DNA of 64,000 nucleotides, taken from NCBI GenBank assembly GCA_028534125.1, contig CM052818.1, positions 45,820,001-45,884,000 on the forward strand. Direction: 5' to 3'. A program made the translations under genes and the position numbers. Source of the DNA: Lama glama (taxonomy: Eukaryota). This document shows, in pieces, positions 61,976 through 64,000 of the stretch. A model generated the notes under the pieces. It saw only the letters and a program-made list of their open reading frames with translations, ran no database searches and was not told where the DNA came from. The stretch's first letter is position 1; each line of letters opens with the position of its first letter.

Positions 61976-63090
61976 AATGTTCCATCTCGCTATTTTCCTC
62001 ACTATATTATAAGCTGCTTAAGGGACAGAAACTATATTTTAAAAAAATCCCTGATCATCCAGCACGAGGATAAGCATATTATAGAGGATCAACAATCGTA
62101 GTTATTCAGGCTGGTAATGACAGTAACCTTCTTTCGGCAGTATTCAGTGTTTAAAGTGATCACGTGCCTGAGCTCATTTGATTCTTAAAGCAGCCCTTTG
62201 AGGTAGACAGGGTTACACCCATCCTGTAGATGGTGAAGCAAGGTCCAGAGATATTTTCAAAGTCTCATAGCCAGTAAATTTGGGTTGTGAAACCAGGTGT
62301 CTTTTTTCCAAATCCCACATTTGCGCTCCAGGTGGTGACACGGCCAACTTTGAGTATTTCTGTGTGACATTCTGGGTTTCGCCTGTGGCCCCATCATAGA
62401 GCAGCCTGGATGCTTTAAATGTGGCAGAGCCATGGCTGGGCTTCTAGTGACAAAAGCTGTCCTGGGAGATGGCTTTTGATTATTCTCTAAGTTGACTCTC
62501 AGGCTTAGAGGACACACTGACTCTCAGAACTCTCTCCACATTTTGGTATCCACGTGCTCTTTTCAAATGTCCTTAGTGGCCCTGCTGTGAACGTGCTTGC
62601 TCCTGGAGCTTTGCGCCTTCCCCTCCCTGCCCACCTGTCAGAACAGGATGACTACAGTCTCAGGTAAGTCTTGTCAAATACTTGGGACTCATTCCAGACC
62701 ATCTCCCTGTTTCTGAAAGGAGGGAGAAGAAGCTATGCCAAGTTGGGTGTCACCTTCTTGCTGGCAACTAGAACCCAGATATCTCACATTCTTTTCTTAT
62801 GGCTTCACTGTAAATCGATCATTCCAGTGAAGGCTCAACAGTTGCAACATAGCTATCAGAAATCTCTCAGCTTAGGAACACTGGCCTTAACCTCCAGTAA
62901 ACCTCTCTGGCCTGTGACTAACTCTGTGTGGGGTGGAGCCATGATGTGTACTGCCATTTCAAGAAAACGCCCCAGACATGGATGCTGGGAGGCTGTGACT
63001 CTGCTTGCTGGCTCACATTTGCATATTCTCTTCAAAGAAAAGGTGTCTAGTGGTAAAACACCTTCTGTAAAATAATATCCATTTTAAATT

Positions 63091-63590
63091 GTTGTATATA
63101 TATAATGGAATATTACTCAGCCATGAAAAAGAATGAAATAATGCCATTTGCAGCAACATGGACAGACCTAGAGATTATCATACTAAGTGAAGTAAGTCAG
63201 ACAGAAAGACAAATATCATATGGTATCACTTATGTGTGGAATCTAAAAAATGATACAAATGAACTTATTTACAAAACAGAAATAGACTTACAGACATAGA
63301 AAACAAACTTATAGTTACCAAGGCGGGAACAGTGGGGGATAAACTAGGAGTTTAGGATTAACAGATACACACTACTATCCATAAAATAGATAAACAACAA
63401 GGACCTAGTGTGTAGCACAGGGAATTATATTCAATATTTTGTAATAATCTATGACAGAAAAGAGTCTGAAATAGAATATATATATTTACAAATATATGCA
63501 TGTATGTATAACTGAATCACTTTGCTGTATACCTGAAACTAACACAACATTGTAAATCAACTTTATTTCAATAAAAAAAAATTTAAAAAA
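63091..63590 (+). mobile_element. L1 3' end with ORF2 C-terminal remnant
   Basis: ORF 63105..63299 MEYYSAMKKNEIMPFAATWTDLEIIILSEVSQ is the L1 ORF2 C-terminus; A tail at ~63570-63590. Confidence 0.92.
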
Positions 63591-64000
63591 TCATACTCAT
63601 ACTTATAAGAAACTTTTGTAGCATCTCATCACATTTTAATACGAGAGAGAAATTATTCTAATAGATAGGGAGCCAAAAAAGAGGGATTAGGTCACTTGCC
63701 CAAAGTTGACATTTCATTATCTCGGTTATTACACATAGATATACTCACTTTTGTATATCTTTCTAAACCATGAGGCTGTTGATTCCAAGTGTCTGAAATT
63801 TTGAGTTACGCCTGTTGGTGATAATTAGAAAAGGGAAGAACGAGAGGTCGAAAAAAGGAAAGGGGAAAAAATCAGGAGAATTTTGTGACAAGAATCAGGA
63901 AAGAAAAGAAGTAGGAGCAGGTCTTGCAGTTTCCGGATTGTTTGCCATGAGGGGAGAGGGACTGGTGTGTCTTTGGCCTGAAATTATCTTGGGCATAACT

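Noticed and set aside
56200..64000. Exons of neighbouring genes (TAF1B upstream, KLF11 beyond position 1, by recalled human synteny)
   Set aside because: No recognisable coding exons in either flank; both are repeat-dominated.

Overview
Mammalian genomic DNA carrying one complete protein-coding gene on the minus strand: GRHL1 (grainyhead-like 1 transcription factor). I assembled 16 coding exons by hand from ATG at 55418 to TGA at 9934-9936. With the GC donor of exon 10 they total 1857 nt (618 aa + stop), and all phases join without frameshift or internal stop. A TATA-less CpG-island promoter (~54780-56200) lies upstream, and a ~1.5 kb 3' UTR ends near an ATTAAA at 8405-8410. The rest is intron/intergenic DNA with L1, L2, MIR, MaLR LTR and hAT (MER5/MER58) relics. 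Two tRNA-derived SINEs and the young L1 3' ends look camelid-like (inference from recalled repeat consensus). Nearly all ORFs in the supplied track are noise, exon read-throughs or repeat remnants. I see no evidence of a new biological system. The most interesting signals are splice-site architecture (competing GC/GT donors at exon 10, a tandem donor at exon 11, four AAG acceptors), a 3' UTR Pumilio/miR-92 cluster, promoter microduplications with a G4-prone repeat, a young L1 with a perfect TSD, and local GC-biased decay of old repeats. Repeat family names and boundaries are by eye and approximate.
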